Below are positions 37,870 through 47,902 of a DNA stretch of 64,000 bases, one piece after another. The translations under genes and the position numbers were made by a program. The stretch lies in the NCBI GenBank assembly GCA_048882045.1, contig JBHLRZ010000003.1, positions 1 to 64,000 on the forward strand, given 5' to 3'. Each line of letters starts with the position of its first letter. The first letter of the stretch is position 1. The stretch comes from Candidatus Thorarchaeota archaeon. Its GTDB lineage: Archaea > Asgardarchaeota > Thorarchaeia > Thorarchaeales > Thorarchaeaceae. The notes under the pieces are model-generated. The model was not told where the DNA came from. It saw nothing but the letters and a program-made list of their open reading frames with translations, and did no database searches.

Positions 37870-38566
37870 CAGTTGGATACCGTAGAATGACTGTATAGTG
37901 TTTTCTAAAACCGCCAGGTTCTTGTTGAACATCGATTCCTGTGTAATCAATAGTGAAGAACTTGATCAGATTCTTCTCAGGATCTTCGCTAGCTTTCCGC
38001 ATTATTCGGGAAGTATGGTTGATGAGAATTTGTACCCACTTCTGAAGGTACTTTCGTTCCCTCGAAACAAGAGCAGGATTGGCTTCTATATAATTGTGAA
38101 TAGCCCAGGCAATCCTACGATTGTAGATACCTCCAGCTAAGAAATTGATCATCACTAGTGCAATTGCGAGCAATGCAAGAGGAACCAAGAAATCCTGTAG
38201 AAAAGCCAGCTGAAACACCCAGGTCAGGAGGAGGATAGGAACGATGATGGTAATCAATGCCATTGAAGCGAATGAGAAGTATTGTTTCCTGTTTAGCATG
38301 GACTCAACACCCTCGATTTTAGGACCAATGGCTGCAAGTTTGTGCAGTACCGTACGAATTGTTCCCCATTGTCTGACGAATTTCTGGGGAGCCTTACCCT
38401 CATTGATTGACTTGTCAATGAAGCCGAGGTCATAGCATCGGTTTATTCGATAGCCGTCTAATACTGTAATCAAGTTCTTGCTGAACTTCAGATCCAACTC
38501 AGACGGATCGAATTCAAATTCTTCCAAGCTGAGTTTTCTTTTTTCACGTTTTGACCGATGACTCAT
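37865..38566 (-). CDS. hypothetical 2-TM membrane protein
   Basis: 233-aa ORF with a central TM hairpin; GAGG SD. Confidence 0.6.
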   Translation of the reverse strand: MSHRSKREKRKLSLEEFEFDPSELDLKFSKNLITVLDGYRINRCYDLGFIDKSINEGKAPQKFVRQWGTIRTVLHKLAAIGPKIEGVESMLNRKQYFSFASMALITIIVPILLLTWVFQLAFLQDFLVPLALLAIALVMINFLAGGIYNRRIAWAIHNYIEANPALVSRERKYLQKWVQILINHTSRIMRKASEDPEKNLIKFFTIDYTGIDVQQEPGGFRKHYTVILRYPTE

Positions 38567-38707
38567 ATTGTTTTGGCCTCTCTTTGGTCACACATGGGAA
38601 CCGCTAATTAATAGTATCGATTTCTAAAGGTACTCAGTAGTATTGAATTAAGAATGTTTAAGAACCTGACAGTTTGCACCTGCTATATCAAGGGTGATAC
38701 TTTCACT

Positions 38708-39640
38708 ATGACTGACGACGATAGGTTGCCAGATGTCGAGTATACTGGCATTTGTCCACACAGCGAGAAGAAGCATGAATTGCAAATCAATAAGGACATG
38801 GCGAGATTCATACTCCCTCGTGAGAAGAAGAGGAAAGAGTATTCTGCATTGTACGATGCTGAGTGGGAAGAGGTTGTGTCATTCGAAGTCAGTGGAGTTC
38901 ACTTTGCAAAAGGTGGCGAAACCTGGCCCATTGATGAGGACTTTCCAGAAGGATTCGACCCAATTGGCGTGGCAGGGATTGTATTTCTGTTTATGATGCC
39001 TTTGGGCAAGGCTGTATTTCCGATTTGGACAACAATTCCCTTTGAGGATGTTCCAACTGTGAGATCCTGGATTGAAGATCGTCTTGAGCGTCCATCACTT
39101 CCCGGACTGGCACATCATGGTACATCTGCAGCAGTCAAGTATATTCTCAATCATTGTGAAGTCTTTTCTAGAATATCGGCTGAGTGGAATGATTGGACAA
39201 GAAAGGGACGTCAGGATAAACCGAATCCAAAATTTAGGGAGATACCTCCTGACTATGTTTATTGCAAAGAAGGTATGGCAATTGATTTCTATGGTGCGGG
39301 AGAGCAGTTAGAGCAGATGTCCACTTTTTGGCCTTGGAGAAGAATTAAGCGTGTTTTTGCAGATGACCAAGAGTATGTCGTACGATACCAATGGTACGAG
39401 GATGCTTATGTTTTCAATCAACAAGTGCTGGATGATGATTCACGTCATCAGTTTGCTCAGGCAGCTGAAGAGGCTCTTGAGGTCTACAACGCATCTGATG
39501 ATGTTGCTGAATACTTGCTGATCAGACCCTGGTCATTTCCAGCCAGGTTCCATAGAACTTGGGACAAGTTAGAACCGTTCTCAAGCAAGGCCAGTAGAAA
39601 CAGATTCCCACCAATCTATGATTTCAAAGAGGATTATTGA
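38708..39640 (+). CDS. hypothetical protein (possible tandem PH-like domains)
   Basis: Long ORF; GGTGA SD before ATG 38708; AEWEEVVSF and WPWRRIKRV motifs. Confidence 0.55.
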   Translation: MTDDDRLPDVEYTGICPHSEKKHELQINKDMARFILPREKKRKEYSALYDAEWEEVVSFEVSGVHFAKGGETWPIDEDFPEGFDPIGVAGIVFLFMMPLGKAVFPIWTTIPFEDVPTVRSWIEDRLERPSLPGLAHHGTSAAVKYILNHCEVFSRISAEWNDWTRKGRQDKPNPKFREIPPDYVYCKEGMAIDFYGAGEQLEQMSTFWPWRRIKRVFADDQEYVVRYQWYEDAYVFNQQVLDDDSRHQFAQAAEEALEVYNASDDVAEYLLIRPWSFPARFHRTWDKLEPFSSKASRNRFPPIYDFKEDY

Positions 39641-39676
39641 GTATCACTTGTTACGTGTGGATTTTCAAAGTGAATT

Positions 39677-39715
39677 GAAAAAGAAAAGGGAAGAAGAGAG
39701 CTTGCTGCTCTCTTC
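39677..39715 (-). terminator. hairpin plus U tract after APC permease
   Basis: GAAGAGAGC/GCTCTCTTC 9-bp stem; the A-run on + reads as a U tract downstream on -. Confidence 0.55.
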
Positions 39716-39727
39716 AACTTGTACTGA

Positions 39728-41260
39728 TTACTCTGGTGGTAGTTGTCCAAAGATGGCTGACATCTCGATGCCTTTCGCCTTGTTCTTGGCTCCGTAGTAC
39801 ATGTAGGCTAACTGACCTATGACATACACGGCAACCGTGAAGGCTACTTCGAAGGGCAATCCTGGGACATATGCGATGATAGCCCAGAAGAACATCATAC
39901 CAGATATTAGACCTCCAATTGAGATCAATGGTATGCCTAGTAACTTCCATGCACCGCTTCTCTCCCATAACGTTGGTCGATAGTATGGTAGCGATACCGC
40001 TGCCAGTGCCATCTGCCATCGAATGAAGACATAGGTGTATGCTACACCTATCAGCGACGCAAGTGCAGTGCCAAAGTAGAATTCTAGGGCTGTAGCGTAT
40101 GCAACTGTACCAACTGAAAGAATCAGCCAGAACCACAGTGTAATGTGTGGTACGTGATACTTCGGATGGACCCTTGCAAATGCCTCCGGACAGAATCTGT
40201 CCATAGCCATCGAGTGCATTGGCCTCGTCACCCACAGAGCATTGCTTGGTGAGTCTAACACGCTCGCGAAGACCGGACACAAGATCACGAACCAAGCGAG
40301 TGGATTAGCGCCAAGAATGACTGCTGCGTAGTTACCGAAACCTGGGAACACACCACCAACTATGTTGATACCGTATAGGTATGGACCCATGCAGCTCTCG
40401 ACTGCGAATGCTGACAATAGGAAGAAGCCGGCAATTCCAGCCCATCCACCAAGGTTGCTCAGTGGGATGTTCCTACTCGGTTGTGAAACTTCACCAGCTA
40501 CGGGCATGATCAGGTATGGCCACATACCTCCTACTGTCAGGAGGAGTGCACCGCCGACTGCCCCTACGTTGAAGTTCACGAAGCCTGAGTTGTCAAATGC
40601 AGCAATTGCTGCCCAAGAACCAGCACCCATACTGTTTTCCCAGACTGTCTGCGTAATCGGGGTCATTATCATGACCAGGTCTGCAACTAACAACGCTATG
40701 ATATTGATGAGACCCAAAATAATCGTGAACCATCCTAACCACTTGACAGACAAATAGCTAAAGATGAACCCGACAAGAATCATCAATACCGCAGCGGTGA
40801 ACAACACTATAATGTCGCCTCCAAGAGAGGTTGCAAACGCCAACAGAGCGGTGTTGCTTGTGGCAGTACCGATAACGGTCAGACCGCCTGCGAAGATTTG
40901 TACAGCGAAAAAGCTTCCAGTTCCTCTGAAGACAGGATTAGTGATTACACTTCGCCAGCCTTCCATTACACCAAATATGGGGCTCAGACCTCTTCCAGTG
41001 AAGTGGTATGAAGCACCCGATCTTGGCATCGCAAGCATCAGACACATGAGTGCAATAGCTTCAAAGAATACAATTCCTGAACCCAATGCGTACATCGGTA
41101 AGAGATGTGCACCTGGATACCAAGTGGAGACCTGTGGTCCGAAGTAGTGGAACCATGGTCCTAGTGTTAGTGCAATGGGGAGTAGAAGGGCAAATCCAGT
41201 CCCGACTTCTTTGACAAGACCGGAGCTCTCTCGCACGAAGAGGAGTTTTTCCTCACCCAA
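39728..41260 (-). CDS. APC-family amino acid permease
   Basis: LFVRESSGLVKE, AMPRSGASY, AGEV..P.RN, MAMDR..PE.FARVHPKYHVP; C-terminal QLPPE. Confidence 0.92.
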   Translation of the reverse strand: MGEEKLLFVRESSGLVKEVGTGFALLLPIALTLGPWFHYFGPQVSTWYPGAHLLPMYALGSGIVFFEAIALMCLMLAMPRSGASYHFTGRGLSPIFGVMEGWRSVITNPVFRGTGSFFAVQIFAGGLTVIGTATSNTALLAFATSLGGDIIVLFTAAVLMILVGFIFSYLSVKWLGWFTIILGLINIIALLVADLVMIMTPITQTVWENSMGAGSWAAIAAFDNSGFVNFNVGAVGGALLLTVGGMWPYLIMPVAGEVSQPSRNIPLSNLGGWAGIAGFFLLSAFAVESCMGPYLYGINIVGGVFPGFGNYAAVILGANPLAWFVILCPVFASVLDSPSNALWVTRPMHSMAMDRFCPEAFARVHPKYHVPHITLWFWLILSVGTVAYATALEFYFGTALASLIGVAYTYVFIRWQMALAAVSLPYYRPTLWERSGAWKLLGIPLISIGGLISGMMFFWAIIAYVPGLPFEVAFTVAVYVIGQLAYMYYGAKNKAKGIEMSAIFGQLPPE

Positions 41261-41527
41261 TTTGCGTGTTCTCCTTTATTTCTCTCTCACGACAGAATAC
41301 TAAATTGTATCGTGATAGTTGACTACAGAGTGATTTCTGATATTTAACCAGTACGGTCGTTTTTGTCAAATTCATATTTAATGAAAAAGCACCATAGTCT
41401 CAGCTTGGTCTGGAAGCTCGGCAATCGACGTTGAAAAATTGTTATACACCCACTGATACTTTAACTTCCACTTTAAGAATATGACTTGTGTTAAAGACGC
41501 ATGAAGTAGGCATCCATGAAGGCAAAA

Positions 41528-42346
41528 TCACGACTTTCGAAGGCGTTTGAAGAACTCGGTGTCGAGCAATAGGACTTTGACCTGTTTTTCTCTGACTCCA
41601 GTACGACTCTCTACAAGTACATTCAGCATGATCTCTAGGTCCATGATATGTACAGGTTGGACTTGCACCTTCTGGTCCTTTCCTCTGTATCCAAGAGCTT
41701 CTTGCTTTCCAGCTTCTGTTACAATGCCGTTGGAAAGCAGGACACCCTGGTTTGCATTGTAGTTCTGCAGGGTTCCTCGGATCTCTCGGATGAATTCGAA
41801 ACCAATCTTCTCATCATATGCGCACTTTCTGGCAAAGACCACGACCGGAGAACGACCACCATCGTCCCTCCATGATGTGACCATAACGATGTTTCCGTTA
41901 TATCTGTCAACAACTGTGGCTTCCTCTTGTCGTGCACGGATGTTTGTAAGAACGATTTCAGCCAAACGTTCGAACTCTTCGATGCTGAGCTTTGAGATTT
42001 CGTGTCGCATTTCTCTTCTTGTGGCACGTTCGAAATCCTTGGCCTTTTCTGTGACCTCTTTGATGAGCTCTTCGTCAACGGCTCCTTCACAAAGGTCGTT
42101 GTACTGATAGAGTCCCGGACCAGTCCTTACGAAGTAGGCGGGTCTGTTGTCCTCTTTGGCTTGCTTCATCTCGATTGAGAGTGAGGCTGAAACAGAAGCT
42201 GGGTCTCGTTCTAATGCCTCTGCGATTTCCTTGTAGTGGACTGGTTCATTTCGTCCATGTTGAGCCAGCCATTCTCTCAATGTTGGTTTTGCCGCTTTTC
42301 CTGCCAATTCAATCTCAACCGATGTCCTAGTTTGGGTCTTTACCAT
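41528..42346 (-). CDS. HARE-HTH + Mrr-like restriction-endonuclease-fold protein, catalytic motif degenerate
   Basis: PVHYKEIAE...ASVSASLS...FVRTGPGLY (HARE-HTH); LSIEEFERL, IREIRGTL, GVLLSNG, IMD, GV (Mrr_cat). Confidence 0.75.
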   Translation of the reverse strand: MVKTQTRTSVEIELAGKAAKPTLREWLAQHGRNEPVHYKEIAEALERDPASVSASLSIEMKQAKEDNRPAYFVRTGPGLYQYNDLCEGAVDEELIKEVTEKAKDFERATRREMRHEISKLSIEEFERLAEIVLTNIRARQEEATVVDRYNGNIVMVTSWRDDGGRSPVVVFARKCAYDEKIGFEFIREIRGTLQNYNANQGVLLSNGIVTEAGKQEALGYRGKDQKVQVQPVHIMDLEIMLNVLVESRTGVREKQVKVLLLDTEFFKRLRKS

Positions 42347-42523
42347 ATCTTGTAAATGTCCTTGCTTGAGTACGTACGATTTCGAGATTGAAATCGCCTT
42401 ATGTTTCTTGCCCCTACCCTCGCTAAGCTTCATTATGGTGGGCTATAGGACTATAACCACCTTCGACATACTTAATTTAAACTTTAACCATATATTAATT
42501 CCAGGCAGTGGTGAAAGGTCAAG

Positions 42524-42814
42524 TTGACAGAAGTGAAAGTGAAATTGATGAACAAGGGTCTCAAATACGATGAGCACAACATGTTCACTTTCGAAATTAA
42601 GGATAATGCAACCGTTCGAGACCTCATGGAAGACCTCCACAAAGAGTATGGAGAGAGGTTTGAAGTCTACTTAGAAGATGTCGAAGAGAAGAAACTCAGA
42701 AGAGACGCAATCGTAGTTGTCAATGGAATGAACATGGTTGCTAAGAAAGGGGTAAAGACCAAGCTGTCAAAGGGAGACCTAGTTGTCTTCATGATAGCTG
42801 CTGTTGGTGGATAA
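42524..42814 (+). CDS. MoaD/ThiS/SAMP ubiquitin-like sulfur carrier
   Basis: ATVRDL, IVVVNG, L..GD.V, C-terminal AVGG. Confidence 0.9.
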   Translation: MTEVKVKLMNKGLKYDEHNMFTFEIKDNATVRDLMEDLHKEYGERFEVYLEDVEEKKLRRDAIVVVNGMNMVAKKGVKTKLSKGDLVVFMIAAVGG

Positions 42815-42821
42815 AGCCCTG

Positions 42822-44018
42822 TCAATCTTCTGGGAAGTAGTCCGATTCAAGTATCTCTGGATCAACCAATCCTGCTGAAACAGCCATTATCTCAGCCACA
42901 TCAAGAACTCTAGTCTCTAGATTAGCCATATATGTCCCTGTTGTCAGATTCATCTCACAGGCAGGGCAAATAGTTGAAATCAGCTCTGCACCACTCTCAA
43001 CAAAGTCACTCATTCTCTCAGCAGCCACACTGTCGGAATAGTCAGGGTACATGATTTTGCATCCTCCACCTCCACCACAACAGAATGCATGTTCCCTGTT
43101 TCTAGACATCTCTACGAACTCGACTCCAGGGATGGCTTCAAGCACTTTCCGTGGCGGGTCATAGATATCCTTGTAGCGACCGATCTCACACGGATCATGG
43201 TAAGAGACTTTTTTATTTACAGGAGTCTTGAGCTTCAGTTTCTTCTTCTCAACTATCTCAAGAAGGACCTCACTTGTGTGACGCACCTTGATAGGTAATG
43301 CTTCAATTTCCAAGAGATGAGGATACTCCTCGTCAAAGGCTCTATAGCAGCTAGGACAGGGGGTGATAATCTCCTTCACACCACGGTCCTGTAGTTTCTT
43401 TAGGTAGGACTTTGCGTACTCTTGCGCATTCTCCATCTTTCCTGTAACCCAATAAGGCGTCCCACAACAGGTCTGTTCATCTCCTAGAAAGTCTAGATCA
43501 TATCCTGCTGCCTGAAGGAGTCGTACAAGGATGTTGGTCTTCTCTTTGAATCTATGACTGGCCAAGCATCCCGGATAGAATAGAGTTCCAGATCCCTCAT
43601 TGAACTCAAGACCATCAGCCCATTTGGTATGATCTTTGGGAGGATCAGCAAAGATGTTTCCAGCGGAGGTCACTGTATCAGCCATTTTTTTCCCACCCTC
43701 AGGAATATTGATACCCTTGTCAACAAAGTCCTGACGCATCGCCTTGGTTATCGCAATCACATCTATCTGAGCTGCTTTCTTGCACTCTTCTCTACATCTA
43801 CCGCACATGAAACATCCAAAGATACGTTCCGCTAGGTCCTCAGAGTATTCCAACTTCCCTTCAAGAATGGCTCTTGCAATGGCCATACGACCTCTTGCTG
43901 TCGAGGATTCCCAATGCTGAGTGAAGATCTCAGGGCATCTGTCATTGTAGTCAAAACCCCTGCAGAACTCACATCGTCCACAGGCATAGATCATATCCTT
44001 GTATTGCTCAATCTTCAT
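42822..44018 (-). CDS. Fe-S oxidoreductase, GlpC/GlcF/HdrD-like (two 4Fe-4S plus two CCG domains)
   Basis: CGRCEFC, CFMCGRCREEC, YPGC, CCG, CPSC, YHDPC, CCGGGGG, CPAC. Confidence 0.92.
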   Translation of the reverse strand: MKIEQYKDMIYACGRCEFCRGFDYNDRCPEIFTQHWESSTARGRMAIARAILEGKLEYSEDLAERIFGCFMCGRCREECKKAAQIDVIAITKAMRQDFVDKGINIPEGGKKMADTVTSAGNIFADPPKDHTKWADGLEFNEGSGTLFYPGCLASHRFKEKTNILVRLLQAAGYDLDFLGDEQTCCGTPYWVTGKMENAQEYAKSYLKKLQDRGVKEIITPCPSCYRAFDEEYPHLLEIEALPIKVRHTSEVLLEIVEKKKLKLKTPVNKKVSYHDPCEIGRYKDIYDPPRKVLEAIPGVEFVEMSRNREHAFCCGGGGGCKIMYPDYSDSVAAERMSDFVESGAELISTICPACEMNLTTGTYMANLETRVLDVAEIMAVSAGLVDPEILESDYFPED

Positions 44019-45406
44019 TTCAGTTCCTCCTCTGGAATGAATATTCCACGTTGCAGTATGTTCTTGGGATCTAGTGTCTTCTTGAGAGTCTTGAGAAGTC
44101 GGTAGTAGCCTGTGTCATGTTCTGCGACAAATCTTCTGAGACCGTCACGTCCACCAATACCATAGGGAACCACTGGTCCCCTAAGTGTGATCTCGTCAAT
44201 CTCATCGGCCATCTTCACTAACTCTTTCCACTCATCCGGTTCATTGTAGTTAGTGACCATGAAAGCAAGCCAGTCTCTTGGAAGGATCTGTCCTCCAAAT
44301 CCAGCTTTAGTGTAACCCCTCTTCTCGATGACCTCTTCTTTCCAAATCTTGTAGAGGAATTTTATGTCGTCAATTCGAAGAGACCCTGCACCAAAGAAAT
44401 GCCAGACTCCTGTATTGAACAGGTCTGTAAGTCCTGTAAGGATTCTACCAAAATAGTCATCAGCAGGAGCGCGGTCTCCTATCTCGCCGCCCAACTCGCT
44501 AATCTTCTCGACTATCTTCTTCTTTCTATGGTCGACAATCTCTCTCTCATAACCAAATATGTCCATCATCAGGAAGAAAACGTCGGGAGCGGACGGGTCA
44601 CACCACAAATAGATTCCCTGCATGTATTCGTCACCAACGTGTTTATTGATAAAGTGACCAAACTCAATTACATCATCAAGTGTCTTCATCGTCGCTGTGA
44701 GTCGCTCTGAGATATCAGTCACAGGGCGAATTCTGACAGATAGCTCTGTACAGACTCCTAGGATTCCTTCTGCCCCTATGAACATTCCAGCCAGATCAGG
44801 TCCAAGACACTGTCGTTTGAATTTACCAGCACTCGGCCAAGCAGCTGATCCGGTTTCTACAATGTCCCCATTTGGAAGAACCATCTCAAGTGTTACAATG
44901 TCATCCTTGCCATGAAAACCAAACTTAGCTGTGGAGTGTGGTCCTCCACCCGCTTTCATGACTGAGCCACCAACTGTCATAGCAGGGCCTCCAGCTTCAC
45001 TACAGAGGTATGTAAGACCTTTATTTCTCAGTTCCCGGTCTAACTTGGCCCAAGTACAATTCGGTTGAACGGTAGCAACAAGGTCTCGCTCGTTAATCTC
45101 AACAATCTTGTTCATCCGACCAAGATCAAGCATGATTCCTGGTTCTTGCGGGAGGTAGGCATCCCAATGGGAAGTTCCTCCACCTCGAATATAGACAGGA
45201 ACGTTCTGCTCATTAGCAATCTTGAGAATCGCTTGTATCTCCTCTCGGGATTCCGGCAAGACAACATGAGTAGGCATCTTCTGATCTGCTGGACTAAGGT
45301 CACGGCTGTAAGGGATCATGTCGAAGTCCCTGTCAGTGACTCGACTTGGGGATACAGCCTCTTGCAGAAGAGCAGTGACCTTCTTGATATCGACCATGGT
45401 TTTCAC
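44015..45406 (-). CDS. FAD-binding oxidoreductase (GlcD/Dld, VAO family)
   Basis: P..VVLP, IRGGGTS, TVGG, LEMVLPNG, GPDLAGMFIGAEGILG, DPKNIL; overlaps the GlpC-like gene. Confidence 0.9.
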   Translation of the reverse strand: MKTMVDIKKVTALLQEAVSPSRVTDRDFDMIPYSRDLSPADQKMPTHVVLPESREEIQAILKIANEQNVPVYIRGGGTSHWDAYLPQEPGIMLDLGRMNKIVEINERDLVATVQPNCTWAKLDRELRNKGLTYLCSEAGGPAMTVGGSVMKAGGGPHSTAKFGFHGKDDIVTLEMVLPNGDIVETGSAAWPSAGKFKRQCLGPDLAGMFIGAEGILGVCTELSVRIRPVTDISERLTATMKTLDDVIEFGHFINKHVGDEYMQGIYLWCDPSAPDVFFLMMDIFGYEREIVDHRKKKIVEKISELGGEIGDRAPADDYFGRILTGLTDLFNTGVWHFFGAGSLRIDDIKFLYKIWKEEVIEKRGYTKAGFGGQILPRDWLAFMVTNYNEPDEWKELVKMADEIDEITLRGPVVPYGIGGRDGLRRFVAEHDTGYYRLLKTLKKTLDPKNILQRGIFIPEEELK

Positions 45407-45504
45407 TCCTCAGAGTACTGGAAAGGAGGAATGACCTACCGATTTATTAAAGACTGCGGTCTTTGTCCAATTTAACATCCATTAATGAGATTGGTGAAAC
45501 TCAG

Positions 45505-46632
45505 ATGAAGTCACGAGAGCGATTTCATGCTACAGTCAATCACGAAGAACCAGACAGGGTTCCGCTTGATTATTGGACAACTCCACAAGCATATGAGAAC
45601 CTCAGGGACTATCTTGGTATTACAGCACCAGAAACCCAAGAGTGGGGAATTATGTCTGAGTGGAAGACATCTGAGCAGTTGCTGCAAAGACTGGATATTG
45701 ATTTCAGAAGAGTGTATATGAAGACCTCATCGAGTTTCAAACCAGGCCCTCTTCCTGATGGATCCATCGAAACCGAGTTCAAATGTGGTGTGAAGCTAAT
45801 TGGGGGATATCATGAGGTAACGTATTATCCATGGGCTGAATTCACGGAGGTGGAGCAGGTTGAGGAATTTGACTGGATAGATCCCGATGATTCCTCAAAG
45901 ATGGATGGTGTGTTGGAATGGGCTAAGTACCTACATGAGGAAACTGACTATGCAGTGGTTGGAATGGTGGGGGGTCCATGGGGTGTGTTTGAGGTTGTTG
46001 CACATTATATGAGAGGATTTGACAAGTTTCTCATTGACCTCCTCAAGAGGCCAGACCTTGCAGAGGCAATGATGGATAAGAGTATGGAACTTGCACTGGA
46101 GTTGAATCGAGTTCTCTTAGATGAGGTCGGAGATTTTCTTGACATTGTGCAGGTGGGTGATGACTTGGGCCATCAGGATGGACTTCTGATCAGCCCGAGA
46201 ATATATCGAAAATTGATCAAACACAGACACAAGAAGCTCTACTCTGACATTCACCGGCGGGCTCCACATGTGAAAATTCTCTATCACTCATGCGGTGCAA
46301 TAGAACCAATGATTGAAGATCTGATCGAGGTTGATGTAGATATTCTTAATCCGATTCAACCTCTGGCCAAAGGGATGGATTCTATAGGTCTAAAAGAGAA
46401 ATATGGTGAGAGGCTTACGTTCCATGGGGGTATCGACCTACAAAGGGCAATGTCATCACAAGGAACTATAGAAGATGTACGTCGAGAGGTCGAAACCAGA
46501 CTCAAAGCTCTTGCTCCAGGAGGGGGATATATTCTCGCTCCTGCACACAACATTCAGCCAGAATCTACTCCTGAAAAGATACTAACTCTCTATGACTACG
46601 CAAAGGAGAAGGGGATCTATCCCATCTCCTGA
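45505..46632 (+). CDS. uroporphyrinogen decarboxylase / MtaA-CmuA family protein
   Basis: MKSRERF...EPDRVP, MRGFDKFL, GDDLG, YHSCG, NPIQP, FHGGID, GGYILAPAHNIQ; GGTGA SD. Confidence 0.85.
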   Translation: MKSRERFHATVNHEEPDRVPLDYWTTPQAYENLRDYLGITAPETQEWGIMSEWKTSEQLLQRLDIDFRRVYMKTSSSFKPGPLPDGSIETEFKCGVKLIGGYHEVTYYPWAEFTEVEQVEEFDWIDPDDSSKMDGVLEWAKYLHEETDYAVVGMVGGPWGVFEVVAHYMRGFDKFLIDLLKRPDLAEAMMDKSMELALELNRVLLDEVGDFLDIVQVGDDLGHQDGLLISPRIYRKLIKHRHKKLYSDIHRRAPHVKILYHSCGAIEPMIEDLIEVDVDILNPIQPLAKGMDSIGLKEKYGERLTFHGGIDLQRAMSSQGTIEDVRREVETRLKALAPGGGYILAPAHNIQPESTPEKILTLYDYAKEKGIYPIS

Positions 46633-47319
46633 TCAAGGAATAGGTTTCTCTTTGTGAAGGTCATAGGGATCATCACCTTCATCCAATTTCTCAGCCCACC
46701 ATTCGTCAGTCCTTACGACCTTTTCAGCATGTTTGAGTACATCTTCGATTTTATCATGAGGAATGGCTACGACTCCATCTCCATCACCAAATATGAGATC
46801 TCCTGGATGAACAGTAACTCCACCGCAGACGATGGGTTTCTGAACTGACTCCATATCCAAGCGACCACGCATAGTTCCTGGATGACGACCTCGGGCAAAC
46901 ACAGCGAAGTCCATCTTGTCTATATCATAGATGTCTCTGGATGTACCATCAACCACTGCTCCTCTGACTCCCTTTGACTTTCCAATCTTGGTCAAGATCT
47001 GACCCCAAGTAGAACAGTCAGTTGCGCCAGCTTGGTCTATAACAATGACATCGCCTTCGGTCGCGTCAGTTCCAAGGCTCATGAAGGTCTCAAGTTGTTT
47101 TTCATCGTATGGTTTCGTTGATGAGGATCGAACCATTTTTCCTGTCCTGGCAAATCCAGCTATCCTGTTGCTCTTAGTGAGAGGTTTGATCTCTCTGTCC
47201 ATGCAAACTCTGCCTAGTCCAATCTCATCTGCGGCATCTGATAATGCCGCCACATAGAGATTCAATGTTCGTGTGATTATTGCAATTCTCTCTTCTCGCA
47301 TCATCAATCTCTCTCCCAT
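46633..47319 (-). CDS. RraA / HMG-CHA aldolase family
   Basis: LSDA, GDVIVID, WGQIL, GAVVDGTSRD, VHPGDLIFGDGDGVV. Confidence 0.9.
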   Translation of the reverse strand: MGERLMMREERIAIITRTLNLYVAALSDAADEIGLGRVCMDREIKPLTKSNRIAGFARTGKMVRSSSTKPYDEKQLETFMSLGTDATEGDVIVIDQAGATDCSTWGQILTKIGKSKGVRGAVVDGTSRDIYDIDKMDFAVFARGRHPGTMRGRLDMESVQKPIVCGGVTVHPGDLIFGDGDGVVAIPHDKIEDVLKHAEKVVRTDEWWAEKLDEGDDPYDLHKEKPIP

Positions 47320-47777
47320 CTGTAGATACAGTAATCATCCCCACGCATCATGCATTTTGGAATTGTCATCCGAAATTCAGGGTCAACAGCCTGTCCTATG
47401 CCTTCGTCAATCTTAGTGACCCATTCACATATGTCAGACCCCGCACCTTTTCCCTTGAATCCTTCCAACCATGGGCAGTAGGTGACCTTTAGGTCGAACC
47501 TCTTGTCAGTCATATCACTAATCGAGAGTTCGAAACCAAAGTAGGGATGAGCACCATCGAAAAACTCAAAGATTGACCCATAGTCCCCAACTCTTAGTCC
47601 CCCTTGTTCGACAGCTGCTTTGCCAAGTTCCAAACCATGCAATCGATTGGCTTCACCTATCTCTTTGAGACCAGCCTCTCCATAGCGTCTGCGAACAGAT
47701 TCCACATAGATTGTATGCGTTTCTGCAAGTGTGGTCATACTTGCTCTTCGAACGTCATCAGCACTAGGACCGGGCAT
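47304..47777 (-). CDS. L-2-amino-thiazoline-4-carboxylate hydrolase-like (V4R-related) protein
   Basis: VTYCPW...DICEW...ID...MMRGDDYC pattern. Confidence 0.7.
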   Translation of the reverse strand: MPGPSADDVRRASMTTLAETHTIYVESVRRRYGEAGLKEIGEANRLHGLELGKAAVEQGGLRVGDYGSIFEFFDGAHPYFGFELSISDMTDKRFDLKVTYCPWLEGFKGKGAGSDICEWVTKIDEGIGQAVDPEFRMTIPKCMMRGDDYCIYRWERD

Positions 47778-47902
47778 AAACGACTGAATTATACAAGTCT
47801 CTTAAAACTCCTCTTAATTCTAGTCGGAGTTTGTTAAAGTAATAGGTCCTTTCGAGAGATTATTAACGGGGTCTGACTCCGACACATTTGCAGGTGGTAT
47901 AG

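Noticed and set aside
39714-40295. 193-aa alternative-frame ORF overlapping the APC permease, and the many 60-160-aa antisense ORFs across the window
   Set aside because: They are shadows of well-supported genes and carry no independent motifs or translation signals.
42524-42814. Eukaryote-type ubiquitin system
   Set aside because: The sequence is MoaD/SAMP-like and no E1, E2, RING or JAB genes are adjacent.
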